This document shows positions 41,262 to 49,333 of a stretch of 64,000 nt of DNA, piece after piece. Made by a program: the position numbers and the translations under genes. Every line of letters starts with the position of its first letter. Position 1 is the first letter of the stretch. The notes below the pieces were generated by a model, which saw only the letters and a list, made by a program, of their open reading frames with translations, did not search any database and was not told where the DNA came from. The stretch is taken from the NCBI GenBank assembly GCA_963707845.1, contig CAVPRL010000002.1, forward strand, positions 123,532 through 187,531, written 5' to 3'. The DNA is from an uncultured Actinomycetota bacterium (lineage in GTDB: Bacteria > Actinomycetota > Actinomycetes > Propionibacteriales > Nocardioidaceae).

Positions 41262-42590
41262 GTGCGAGCGGTTGCGTCGGTGCTGCACCTCGACCTCGAC
41301 GCGTTCTTCGCGGCGGTCGAGCAGCGCGACAAGCCATCACTGCGCGGCAAGCCGGTGATCGTGGGCGGCGTCGGTGGTCGCGGCGTGGTCTCGACGGCGT
41401 CGTACGAGGCTCGCGAGTACGGCGTCCGCTCGGCCATGTCGACCCGGGAGGCGCGATCGCGCTGCCCGCACGCGGCGTTCCTGAGCGGCCGGTTCCACGC
41501 GTACCGGTCGACCAGTGAGCAGGTGATGCGGCTGCTGCGCTCGGTCTCGCCGCTGGTCGAGCCGCTCTCGCTCGACGAGGCGTTCATCGACCTGGCCGCG
41601 GCCGACACCGCGGAGCACCCCGGGCTCGGCGACCTGTCGTTGCCGTCGGTGACCGCGTTTGCCGAGGAGCTGCGCTCCCGGCTCACCGAGGTGACCGGCG
41701 GGCTGACGGCGTCGGTCGGGATCGGCACCTCCAAGTTCATCGCCAAGGTCGCCAGCGACCTGGACAAGCCCGACGGCCTCGTCGTGGTCCCGCCCGGCAC
41801 CGAGCGCGACCTGCTCCGCCCGATGAAGGTCACCGTGATCCCCGGTGTCGGACCGGCGACGGCCGAGCGGCTGCGCCGGGTCGGGGTGCACACCGTCGCC
41901 GAGCTCGAGTCCGTGGACGAGGACGAGCTGGTCCGACTGCTCGGCAAGGCCAGCGGGCACTGGCTCTACAGTCTCGCCCGCGCGGAGGACGACCGCCCTG
42001 TGGTAGCCGAGCGTGAGGCCAAGTCCGTGAGCGTCGAGGGCACCTACGACCACGACCTGACCGACCGCAGCCTGATGGAGCACCTGCTGACCCGGCAGGC
42101 CGGCGACGTCGCCCGCCGGCTGCGCAAGGCCGGGCTCTCGGGTCGCACGATCACGATCAAGGTGCGGATGCACGACTTCACCACGGTGAGCCGGTCGAAC
42201 ACGCTCGCCTCCCCCACCGACACCGCGTCGACCATCGCGCGGCTGGCGCGAGGGCTGCTCGCCGACCTGGACACCTCGGGCGGCGTACGCCTGCTCGGCG
42301 TCGGTGTCTCCGGGCTGGCCGACTGGGTGCAGGAGGACCTGTTCGGCGAGACCGGCGAGGACGAGGAGGAGCTGCCCGAGGTCGAGGTGCCGCACCACTC
42401 CCGTCGCGCCTGGGCGCCGGGCATGGACGTCGTCCACACGGAGATGGGCCAGGGCTGGGTGTGGGGCTCGGGCCGCGGGGTCGTGACGGTGCGGTTCGAG
42501 ACGGCAGCGACGCCGGCCGGCCCGGTGCGCAGCTACGCCGAGGACGACCCGGACCTCAGCCCGTGGACCCCGTCGGTCGAGCCCGAATGA
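41262..42590 (+). CDS. dinB: DNA polymerase IV (DinB1-type)
   Basis: HLDLDAFFAAVEQ, SYEAR, SLDEAF, KVASDLDKPDG, clamp motif QEDLF. Confidence 0.95.
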   Translation: MRAVASVLHLDLDAFFAAVEQRDKPSLRGKPVIVGGVGGRGVVSTASYEAREYGVRSAMSTREARSRCPHAAFLSGRFHAYRSTSEQVMRLLRSVSPLVEPLSLDEAFIDLAAADTAEHPGLGDLSLPSVTAFAEELRSRLTEVTGGLTASVGIGTSKFIAKVASDLDKPDGLVVVPPGTERDLLRPMKVTVIPGVGPATAERLRRVGVHTVAELESVDEDELVRLLGKASGHWLYSLARAEDDRPVVAEREAKSVSVEGTYDHDLTDRSLMEHLLTRQAGDVARRLRKAGLSGRTITIKVRMHDFTTVSRSNTLASPTDTASTIARLARGLLADLDTSGGVRLLGVGVSGLADWVQEDLFGETGEDEEELPEVEVPHHSRRAWAPGMDVVHTEMGQGWVWGSGRGVVTVRFETAATPAGPVRSYAEDDPDLSPWTPSVEPE

Positions 42591-43407
42591 ACCGCACCGT
42601 CTCGCCCGGCCGCAGCTGCGCGCACTGCCACAGGTCGTCCTCCTCGACGACCGCGAGCACCGGGTAGCCACCGGTCGGAGGATGGTCGGCCAGGAACACG
42701 ATCGGTACGCCGGACGGCGGCACCTGAACCGCACCGAGGACCATCCCCTCGCTCGGCAGCTCGCCCCGCTGATCCTGGGCCCGCGCCCGCGGGATCGGCG
42801 GCCCGTCGAGGCGCAGGCCGATCCGGTTGGAGTCGGCAGCCACGACGTACGGCGTCGTGCAGAGCCGGTCGAGCGCATCCGCGACGAACCAGTCGGCGCG
42901 CGGACCGACCCGGACTCGCAGCGGGCCGGGCCGCGGCGGGCGCGGGGTGTCCACGGGCTGTGGTCGGCCACGCGGCTCCCCCACCGGCAGCACGGCGCCG
43001 GCCTCCACCCGAGGTGGGCCGACCCAGGCCAGCGTGTCGGTCGAGCGCGAGCCGAGCACCGGTGGCACCGCGATCCCGCCGGCCACCGCGACATAGCTGC
43101 ACACCCCGGTCGTCGGTGCCGGGACCCGGAGCGTGCCACCAGCGGGGAGCCACTCGGCGCGGGCATGGGCGCTGCCGGCCCCGGTGACCGCCACCCAGCA
43201 GCCACCGTCGGCTCGCAGCTCGAGGCCGCCGAGCACGACCTCGAGCACCGCGGCGTCGATGCCGTTGCCCACGATCCGGTTGGCCAGCGCGGCAGCGGGT
43301 GCGTCGAGGGCGCCGGCCCTGGGGACCCCGAGATGGGCGAGGCCGACCCGGCCCCGGTCCTGGACGGTCACCAACGGGCCGGTGGTGAGCACGTGGAGCG
43401 ACGTCAT
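42556..43407 (-). CDS. pxpC: 5-oxoprolinase subunit C
   Basis: TVQDRGR, SNRIGLRL, GAVQVPPSG, DHPPTGGYP. Confidence 0.88.
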   Translation of the reverse strand: MTSLHVLTTGPLVTVQDRGRVGLAHLGVPRAGALDAPAAALANRIVGNGIDAAVLEVVLGGLELRADGGCWVAVTGAGSAHARAEWLPAGGTLRVPAPTTGVCSYVAVAGGIAVPPVLGSRSTDTLAWVGPPRVEAGAVLPVGEPRGRPQPVDTPRPPRPGPLRVRVGPRADWFVADALDRLCTTPYVVAADSNRIGLRLDGPPIPRARAQDQRGELPSEGMVLGAVQVPPSGVPIVFLADHPPTGGYPVLAVVEEDDLWQCAQLRPGETVRFIRARPTGSTG

Positions 43408-43997
43408 CGCGGGACGAACACCACCCGGGTGCCGGGCGCCAGCAGCGCCGGCCGGTCGCGGGCCGGGTCCCAGAGCGCCGCGTCCGTGCGGCCCAGCAGA
43501 CGCCACCCGCCCGGCGACGCCGTCGGGTAGACGCCGCACCAGCTCCCGGCGAGACCGACCGAACCGGGCGCCACCCGTGGACGCGGCGAGTCCAGCCGAG
43601 GTACGGCGAGCTCCGGCGGCAACCCGGACAGGTAGGAGAAGCCCGGTGCGAAGCCGCAGAACGCCGCGACGTACTCGATCTCGCAGTGCCGGGCGACGAC
43701 ACCGGCCGGGTCCGTCCCCCACAGCTCGGCGACGGACGCCAGGTCCGGCCCGTCGTACACGACCGGCACCTCGACCCGCTCGCCACCGGGCGGCTCACCG
43801 GTCGCCGCCCACTCCTGCAGCCGTGCGGTCAGCATCGAGACGTCCGTGACTCCGTCGAAGAGCACGGTCTGCGCCGCCGGCACCACCTCGACCGCGCCGA
43901 CCTGGGCGGTGCGCGCCCAGGTGGCGAGATCGAGTGCCTCGACGGCGTCCGCTACCTCGGCGAGGAGCGCGGACCGGCCGACGGGGTGCAGCTGCAT
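43404..43997 (-). CDS. pxpB: 5-oxoprolinase subunit B
   Basis: YDGPDL, FCGFAPGF, YPTASPGGWRLLGRT. Confidence 0.9.
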   Translation of the reverse strand: MQLHPVGRSALLAEVADAVEALDLATWARTAQVGAVEVVPAAQTVLFDGVTDVSMLTARLQEWAATGEPPGGERVEVPVVYDGPDLASVAELWGTDPAGVVARHCEIEYVAAFCGFAPGFSYLSGLPPELAVPRLDSPRPRVAPGSVGLAGSWCGVYPTASPGGWRLLGRTDAALWDPARDRPALLAPGTRVVFVPR

Positions 43998-44015
43998 GCG
44001 GACAGTCTGGACGGG

Positions 44016-44558
44016 TCAGGAGTCGAGGGCCACCGTGCCGTCGAGGTCCTTGACCCGCAGGACGACGTCCTGCGTCTCCTCGCCCATGTAGAGCGTGCAC
44101 CCGAAGGTGGTGTCGGGGTCCTGGACGATGATCGCGACCTCACCGCAGTCGGCCTCGGCGGCCTCGATGCCCTGGTCGGTCGCCTCCTGGACGAGGTAGT
44201 CGACGACCTTGTCGGTCGAGATGATCGCCTGGGCCGGGGCGATGTCGAACTTCACGTCGTCGTCGGTCACGGTGGTGAAGGTGACGGTGTACGGCGCGTC
44301 GACGCCCTCGATGGTCACCGTGCACTCGATGGAAGCGCCCTCCTCCGGGTCCGAGTCGTCCGGGCAGCTCGCGTCGGCGACGTCGAGGTCGGGGGTCACC
44401 TTCTCCTGGGCCTGCTGGACCTGGTCGGCGACGTCGGCGGGGTCGTAGCCCCCGGAGTCGACAGAGACAGATCCGCTGCAGGCGCCGAGAGCGAAGAGGG
44501 CAGGGGCAATGGCGGCCGCGGTCAGCGCGCGGCGGAGCTTGATGGTCACACCGCACAT
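44016..44558 (-). CDS. DUF4333-type lipoprotein (two repeats)
   Basis: Lipobox LGAC; two C...C repeats (CP..G.S.EC; CG...TTF.C). Confidence 0.72.
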   Translation of the reverse strand: MCGVTIKLRRALTAAAIAPALFALGACSGSVSVDSGGYDPADVADQVQQAQEKVTPDLDVADASCPDDSDPEEGASIECTVTIEGVDAPYTVTFTTVTDDDVKFDIAPAQAIISTDKVVDYLVQEATDQGIEAAEADCGEVAIIVQDPDTTFGCTLYMGEETQDVVLRVKDLDGTVALDS

Positions 44559-44596
44559 GATCGGGCTTGGCCAACCCCATCCGAGGGGTTTCGCCC

Positions 44597-45286
44597 CTAC
44601 AGCCCCCGCAGCACCAGACCACCTGCGGCCAGGCCACGTCGTACGGCGACGGCGTGCGCGACCGCGTCCGGGCTGTCACCGTGCAGGCACACCGAGTCGA
44701 CGGTCGCCGCCAGGGCGAGCGCCTGGGCCACGATCCGGCTCTCGTCGGTCACCAGCGCCCCGGGCTCCGAGCGCGGCACCAACCGCCCATCGGGTGTGTA
44801 GCCGCGGTCGGGGAAGCCCTCGTGGAAGACCACGCGCCCGGCCTCCGCCGCGAGCGCAAGCAACCGGCCCGGCATCCCGAGCACGGGCAGGTCGGCGGAG
44901 CCGTCGAGCACCGCCCGCGCCTGCTCCTCGTCGTCGAGCACCCGGTGGTAGAGCGCACCGTGCGGCTTGAGGTAGCGGACGACGGTGCCGGCCGCGACCG
45001 CGATCGCGCTCAGCGTGCCCACCTGGTCGGCGACCTGGTCGCGCAGCACGGCGTACGGCACGTCGCGGGCGACCCGTCCGAAGCTCGCCCGGTCGTCGTA
45101 CGACACCTGGGCCCCGACCGAGACGCCGAGCCGTGCCGCCTCCGCGCACACGGCGGCCATGATCGCGGCGTTGCCGGCGTGGTAGCCGCACGCGACGTTG
45201 GCGCTGGTAACGATCGCGAGCAGCGCGGCGTCGTCGGTCACCTCCTCGCCGAGGTCGGCGTTCAGGTCGACCGTCTTGGCGTGCAT
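44597..45286 (-). CDS. pxpA: 5-oxoprolinase subunit A (LamB/YcsF)
   Basis: DLNADLGE, SANVACGYHAG, KPHGALY, CLHGD. Confidence 0.92.
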   Translation of the reverse strand: MHAKTVDLNADLGEEVTDDAALLAIVTSANVACGYHAGNAAIMAAVCAEAARLGVSVGAQVSYDDRASFGRVARDVPYAVLRDQVADQVGTLSAIAVAAGTVVRYLKPHGALYHRVLDDEEQARAVLDGSADLPVLGMPGRLLALAAEAGRVVFHEGFPDRGYTPDGRLVPRSEPGALVTDESRIVAQALALAATVDSVCLHGDSPDAVAHAVAVRRGLAAGGLVLRGL

Positions 45287-45308
45287 GACGCAACGCTATC
45301 GTCGCGAC

Positions 45309-47462
45309 ATGCACCGCTCCGCCAACTCCCCGGCAACGCCGCCGGTCGCCGACAAGCGACTCACCAGCACCGAGATCCACGGCCACACCCGCACCGACGA
45401 CTACGAGTGGTTGCGCGACAAGGAGTCGCCCGAGGTCACGGCGTACCTCGAGGACGAGAACGCCTGGACCCAGGAGCAGACCGCGCACCTCGGCGACCTG
45501 CGGCAGGCGATCTTCGACGGCATCAAGGCCCGCACCCGCGAGACCGACCTGTCGGTGCCCACCCGCAACCGGGGGTTCTGGTACTACGGGCGCTCCTTCG
45601 AGGGCAAGGAGTACGGCGCCAGCTGCCGCGTCCCGGTCACCGACCCCGACGACTGGACCCCGCCGAAGCCCGCGGAGGACACCGCACCCGACCAGCCGGC
45701 GCTGCCCGGCGAGCAGGTGCTGCTCGACCTCGACGCGCTCGCCGCGGGCCACGAGTTCTTCTCCCTGGGCGGCTCCTCGGTCAGCCCGAGCGGAGCCCTG
45801 CTCGCCTACGCGACCGATGTCGTGGGCGACGAGCGCTACACGATCCAGGTCTTGGACCTCGCCACCGGCGAGCTGCTCACCGACGAGATCACCGGCTCTC
45901 TCGGCGGCGCCACCTGGGACCGCGCGAGCGAGCACTTCTACTACACGACGGTCGACGACTCCTGGCGTGCCGACAAGATCTGGCGGCACCGCCTCGGCAC
46001 CGGCCAGGACGAGGACGTGCTCGTCCACCACGAGACCGACGGCCGGTTCTGGGTCGGCGTGGGCCGCACCCGCACCGACCGGTTCCTGGTGATCGCGGCG
46101 GGCTCGAAGACGACGAGCGAGTACCGCTTCCTCGACGCCGACTCCCCCGACGCCGGCTGGCAGGTCTTCGCCGAGCGGGTCGAGGGGCTGGAGTACTCCC
46201 TCGACCACGCCGTGCTCGCCGGCGAGGACGTCTTCCTGGTGATGCACAACCACACCGGCGCCGACTTCGAGCTGGGGACCGCGCCGATCGCGCCGACCCC
46301 GGCCGCCGACTGGCGTCCGTTGATCGCGCACGACCCCGCCGTACGCCTGGAGGACGTGGACGCGTTCGCCGGCCACCTCGTCGTCCACCAGCGCAGCGAG
46401 GGCCTCACCCAGCTGCGGATCCTCGAGCTCGGCACCGCGGGCGTGAGCGACGACTACCTGGTCGAGTTCGACCACCAGATCTACACGGTCGGGTCGGCCG
46501 GCAACCCCGGCTTCCACCAGCCCGTCGTACGCCTCGGCTACACGACGATGGCCGTGCCGCCCTCGGTCTACGACTACGACGTCCGCAGCCGGTCGCTGAC
46601 CCTGCTGCGGCGGTCCCCCGTGCTGGGCGGGTACGACGCCGACGACTACGAGGAGCACCGGCTCTGGGCGGTCGCCGACGACGGCGAGCGGGTGCCGATC
46701 TCGATCGTCGCGCGCAAAGGCCGCACCGGCCCGGTGCCCACCCTCCTCTACGGGTACGGCGCGTACGAGACCTCGATCGACCCGTACTTCTCGATCGCGC
46801 GGCTCGCCCTGCTCGACCGTGGAGCGGCGTTCGCGATCGCCCACGTGCGCGGCGGCGGTGAGATGGGCCGGCGCTGGTACGACGACGGCAAGCTCTTCAA
46901 CAAGCAGCACTCCTTCTCGGACTTCGTGGCCTGCGCCCGGCACCTCGTCGAGTCCGGCTGGTCGACGGCGGACACCCTCGTCGCCGAGGGCGGCAGCGCC
47001 GGTGGCCTGCTGATGGGGGCCGTCGCCAACCAGGCTCCCGAGCAGTTCGCCGGGATCGTCGCGCAGGTCCCGTTCGTCGACGCGCTCACCACGATGCTCG
47101 ACGCGACCCTGCCGCTGACGGTCACGGAGTACGACGAGTGGGGCAACCCCGAGGCCGACCCGGCCGTCTACGACTACATGGCGGCGTACGCGCCGTACGA
47201 CAACGTGGCAGCGGTCGACTACCCGCCGATCCTGGCCGAGACGTCGCTCAACGACACCCGGGTGCTCTATGTCGAGCCGGCGAAGTGGGTCGCGCGGCTG
47301 CGGGCGACGGCGGTCGGACGCCGCGACTTCCTGCTCCGGACCGAGATGTCGGCCGGGCACGGCGGCGTCTCGGGACGCTACAAGTCGTGGCACGACCGGG
47401 CGTTCACCCTGGCCTGGATCCTCGACCGGATGGGCCTCGCCGGGGTCGAACCCCGAGCCTGA
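45309..47462 (+). CDS. ptrB: Oligopeptidase B (S9A)
   Basis: DDYEWLRD, YGYGAY, GGSAGG, DTRV, GHGG. Confidence 0.93.
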   Translation: MHRSANSPATPPVADKRLTSTEIHGHTRTDDYEWLRDKESPEVTAYLEDENAWTQEQTAHLGDLRQAIFDGIKARTRETDLSVPTRNRGFWYYGRSFEGKEYGASCRVPVTDPDDWTPPKPAEDTAPDQPALPGEQVLLDLDALAAGHEFFSLGGSSVSPSGALLAYATDVVGDERYTIQVLDLATGELLTDEITGSLGGATWDRASEHFYYTTVDDSWRADKIWRHRLGTGQDEDVLVHHETDGRFWVGVGRTRTDRFLVIAAGSKTTSEYRFLDADSPDAGWQVFAERVEGLEYSLDHAVLAGEDVFLVMHNHTGADFELGTAPIAPTPAADWRPLIAHDPAVRLEDVDAFAGHLVVHQRSEGLTQLRILELGTAGVSDDYLVEFDHQIYTVGSAGNPGFHQPVVRLGYTTMAVPPSVYDYDVRSRSLTLLRRSPVLGGYDADDYEEHRLWAVADDGERVPISIVARKGRTGPVPTLLYGYGAYETSIDPYFSIARLALLDRGAAFAIAHVRGGGEMGRRWYDDGKLFNKQHSFSDFVACARHLVESGWSTADTLVAEGGSAGGLLMGAVANQAPEQFAGIVAQVPFVDALTTMLDATLPLTVTEYDEWGNPEADPAVYDYMAAYAPYDNVAAVDYPPILAETSLNDTRVLYVEPAKWVARLRATAVGRRDFLLRTEMSAGHGGVSGRYKSWHDRAFTLAWILDRMGLAGVEPRA

Positions 47463-47475
47463 TCCCCGCCCTCCC

Positions 47476-47492
47476 CTGAGAAGTCCCTGAGA
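47476..47492. promoter_or_regulatory. MprA-box-like direct repeat
   Basis: CTGAGA-N5-CTGAGA (reverse complement TCTCAG-N5-TCTCAG). Confidence 0.55.
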
Positions 47493-47505
47493 GTACGACG
47501 CCCAT

Positions 47506-47531
47506 GCAACTCCCCAGTCGTCTCGCACGTC
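47506..47531 (+). promoter_or_regulatory. SigE-type ECF promoter
   Basis: GCAAC-N17-CGTC. Confidence 0.55.
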
Positions 47532-47560
47532 GTCACTTATGAAGGTTCACGTTTACCAAG

Positions 47561-47587
47561 GGAATCCAAAGGTCACCGTGGACGTTG
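47561..47587 (+). promoter_or_regulatory. SigR/SigH-type ECF promoter
   Basis: GGAAT-N18-GTTG. Confidence 0.72.
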
Positions 47588-47641
47588 TTGAGGATGTGTG
47601 GGGACGCAATGGCGTCGTCCACGATTGAAGGAGGGCGTCAC

Positions 47642-48598
47642 ATGGCTACACGTACCGCTCCAGCCCGAACGCGCGAGATCGAAGGCCGCGACAGCGTCGG
47701 CCTCTACCTCGATGAGATCGCCCGCAACCCGTTGCTCGACGCCGAGTCCGAGGTCGAGCTTTCCAAGACGATCGAGGCCGGCCTGATGGCCGAGCACCTG
47801 CTCGCCGAGGGCCGCGTCGGCCGCAAGAAGGGTGGCGCGCCGATGTCGGCCACCCAGGACGAGCTCGAGTGGCTCGCCGAGGAAGGTCGCCAAGCAGTCA
47901 AGACCTTCATCAACGCCAACCTGCGGCTGGTCGTCTCGATCGCCCGCAAGTACGGCCGGGCCCAGATGCCGATGCTGGACCTGATCCAGGAGGGCAACAC
48001 CGGCCTGATCCGTGCGGTCGAGAAGTTCGACTACACGAAGGGCTACAAGTTCTCGACGTACGCCACCTGGTGGGTACGGCAGGCGATCACCCGCGGCATC
48101 GCTCAGCAGGCTCGCGTCGTGCGGCTCCCCGTGCACGTCGTCGAGGAGCTCAACCAGGTCGGCGGCGCCCGTCGCACCCTGGAGCGGCAGCTCGGCCGCG
48201 ACCCCGACCCGCAGGAGATCGCCAACGAGCTCGGGATGACGCTCGAGCGGGTCCTCGACCTGATGGCCTGGGGCCGCGAGCACGTCAGCCTGGACTCGCC
48301 GATCGACGAGGACGGCGACACGTCGCTGGGTGACCTGATGGCCCAGGAGACCACGCCGGGCCCCGACCTGTCCGTGCTCGACGTCGAGTCGCGCGAGCGG
48401 CTCAACAGCCTGGTCGGTCAGCTCGACGACCGCGCAGCCGACATCATCCGGTCGCGCTACGGCTTGGTCGACGGCCGGCAGCACAAGCTCGCCGACATCG
48501 GTCTGAAGCACGGCATCTCCGCCGAGCGGGTCCGGCAGCTGGAGCGCGAGGCCCTGCAGAAGCTCCGTCGCCTCGGCGACCCCGACCTGGCTGCCTGA
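47642..48598 (+). CDS. Group-2 sigma-70 factor (SigB/HrdD-like)
   Basis: DSVGLYLDEI, DLIQEGNTGL, YATWWVRQAIT, ERVRQLE; no region 1.1; AAGGAGG RBS. Confidence 0.92.
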   Translation: MATRTAPARTREIEGRDSVGLYLDEIARNPLLDAESEVELSKTIEAGLMAEHLLAEGRVGRKKGGAPMSATQDELEWLAEEGRQAVKTFINANLRLVVSIARKYGRAQMPMLDLIQEGNTGLIRAVEKFDYTKGYKFSTYATWWVRQAITRGIAQQARVVRLPVHVVEELNQVGGARRTLERQLGRDPDPQEIANELGMTLERVLDLMAWGREHVSLDSPIDEDGDTSLGDLMAQETTPGPDLSVLDVESRERLNSLVGQLDDRAADIIRSRYGLVDGRQHKLADIGLKHGISAERVRQLEREALQKLRRLGDPDLAA

Positions 48599-48612
48599 CC
48601 GGCAACCAGCTG

Positions 48613-48646
48613 CTCGACCCCGTCCGGTTGCTCGGGCGGGGTCGAG
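48613..48646 (+). terminator. Terminator hairpin
   Basis: CTCGACCCCGTCCG/CGGGCGGGGTCGAG stem just after the sigma stop. Confidence 0.72.
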
Positions 48647-48663
48647 ACCATTTGGGGGGCATC

Positions 48664-48737
48664 GTCGGGATAGTCCGTCACGTTCTGGTTGCCGACACGC
48701 CGGTCCGGGCGACCAGAAGGTGACGGACTATCCCGAC
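48664..48737. repeat. Long hairpin element overlapping the coaE stop
   Basis: Perfect 18-bp arms GTCGGGATAGTCCGTCAC/GTGACGGACTATCCCGAC plus inner TTCTGGTTGCC/GGCGACCAGAA. Confidence 0.8.
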
Positions 48738-49312
48738 AGCTCGCCGTACACCTGCTCGACCCGGGCGCGGAGCTCTTCGCGCGTCCCGATGTTCTCGATC
48801 AGGTACGTCGCGATCGCGCGGCGCTGCTCGGGCGTGGCCTGGGCGGCGATGCGGGACTCGGCGTCGGCACGCGACCAGCCACGGTCGCGCAGCATCCGCT
48901 CGACCTGCACCTCGGCCGGCGTCTCGACGACGATCACGGCGTCGAAGGTGTCCGCGCGGCCGGACTCGGCGAGCAGCGGGATGTCGTGGATGACGATGCC
49001 GTCCTTCGGGGCCGATGCCTCCAGCGCGGCGTACCTCTCGAAGACCAGCGGGTGCACGATCCCCTCGAGCAGCTTGCGCTTGGCCTCGTCGTTGAAGACG
49101 ATCTGGCCGACCTTGGCCCGGTCCATCGCGCCGTCCGGCAGCAGGATCTCCGGACCGAACGCCTCGACCACCTGAGCCAGCCCGGGCGTGCCCGGCTCGA
49201 CCACCTCGCGCGCCAGCTTGTCGCCGTCGATGATCACGGCGCCCAGCTCAGCCAGGATCTCCGACACCGTGCTCTTGCCCGAGGCGATGCCTCCGGTCAG
49301 TCCCACTCGCAT
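48728..49312 (-). CDS. coaE: Dephospho-CoA kinase
   Basis: GLTGGIASGKST, LEGIVHP, DIPLL. Confidence 0.95.
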   Translation of the reverse strand: MRVGLTGGIASGKSTVSEILAELGAVIIDGDKLAREVVEPGTPGLAQVVEAFGPEILLPDGAMDRAKVGQIVFNDEAKRKLLEGIVHPLVFERYAALEASAPKDGIVIHDIPLLAESGRADTFDAVIVVETPAEVQVERMLRDRGWSRADAESRIAAQATPEQRRAIATYLIENIGTREELRARVEQVYGELSG

Positions 49313-49333
49313 GGAGGCAATCCTGCCGGACGG

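Noticed and set aside
42556-42590. Convergent 3' overlaps (dinB/pxpC; also 19020-19053 and 63428-63473)
   Set aside because: Short tail-to-tail overlaps are common in high-GC genomes
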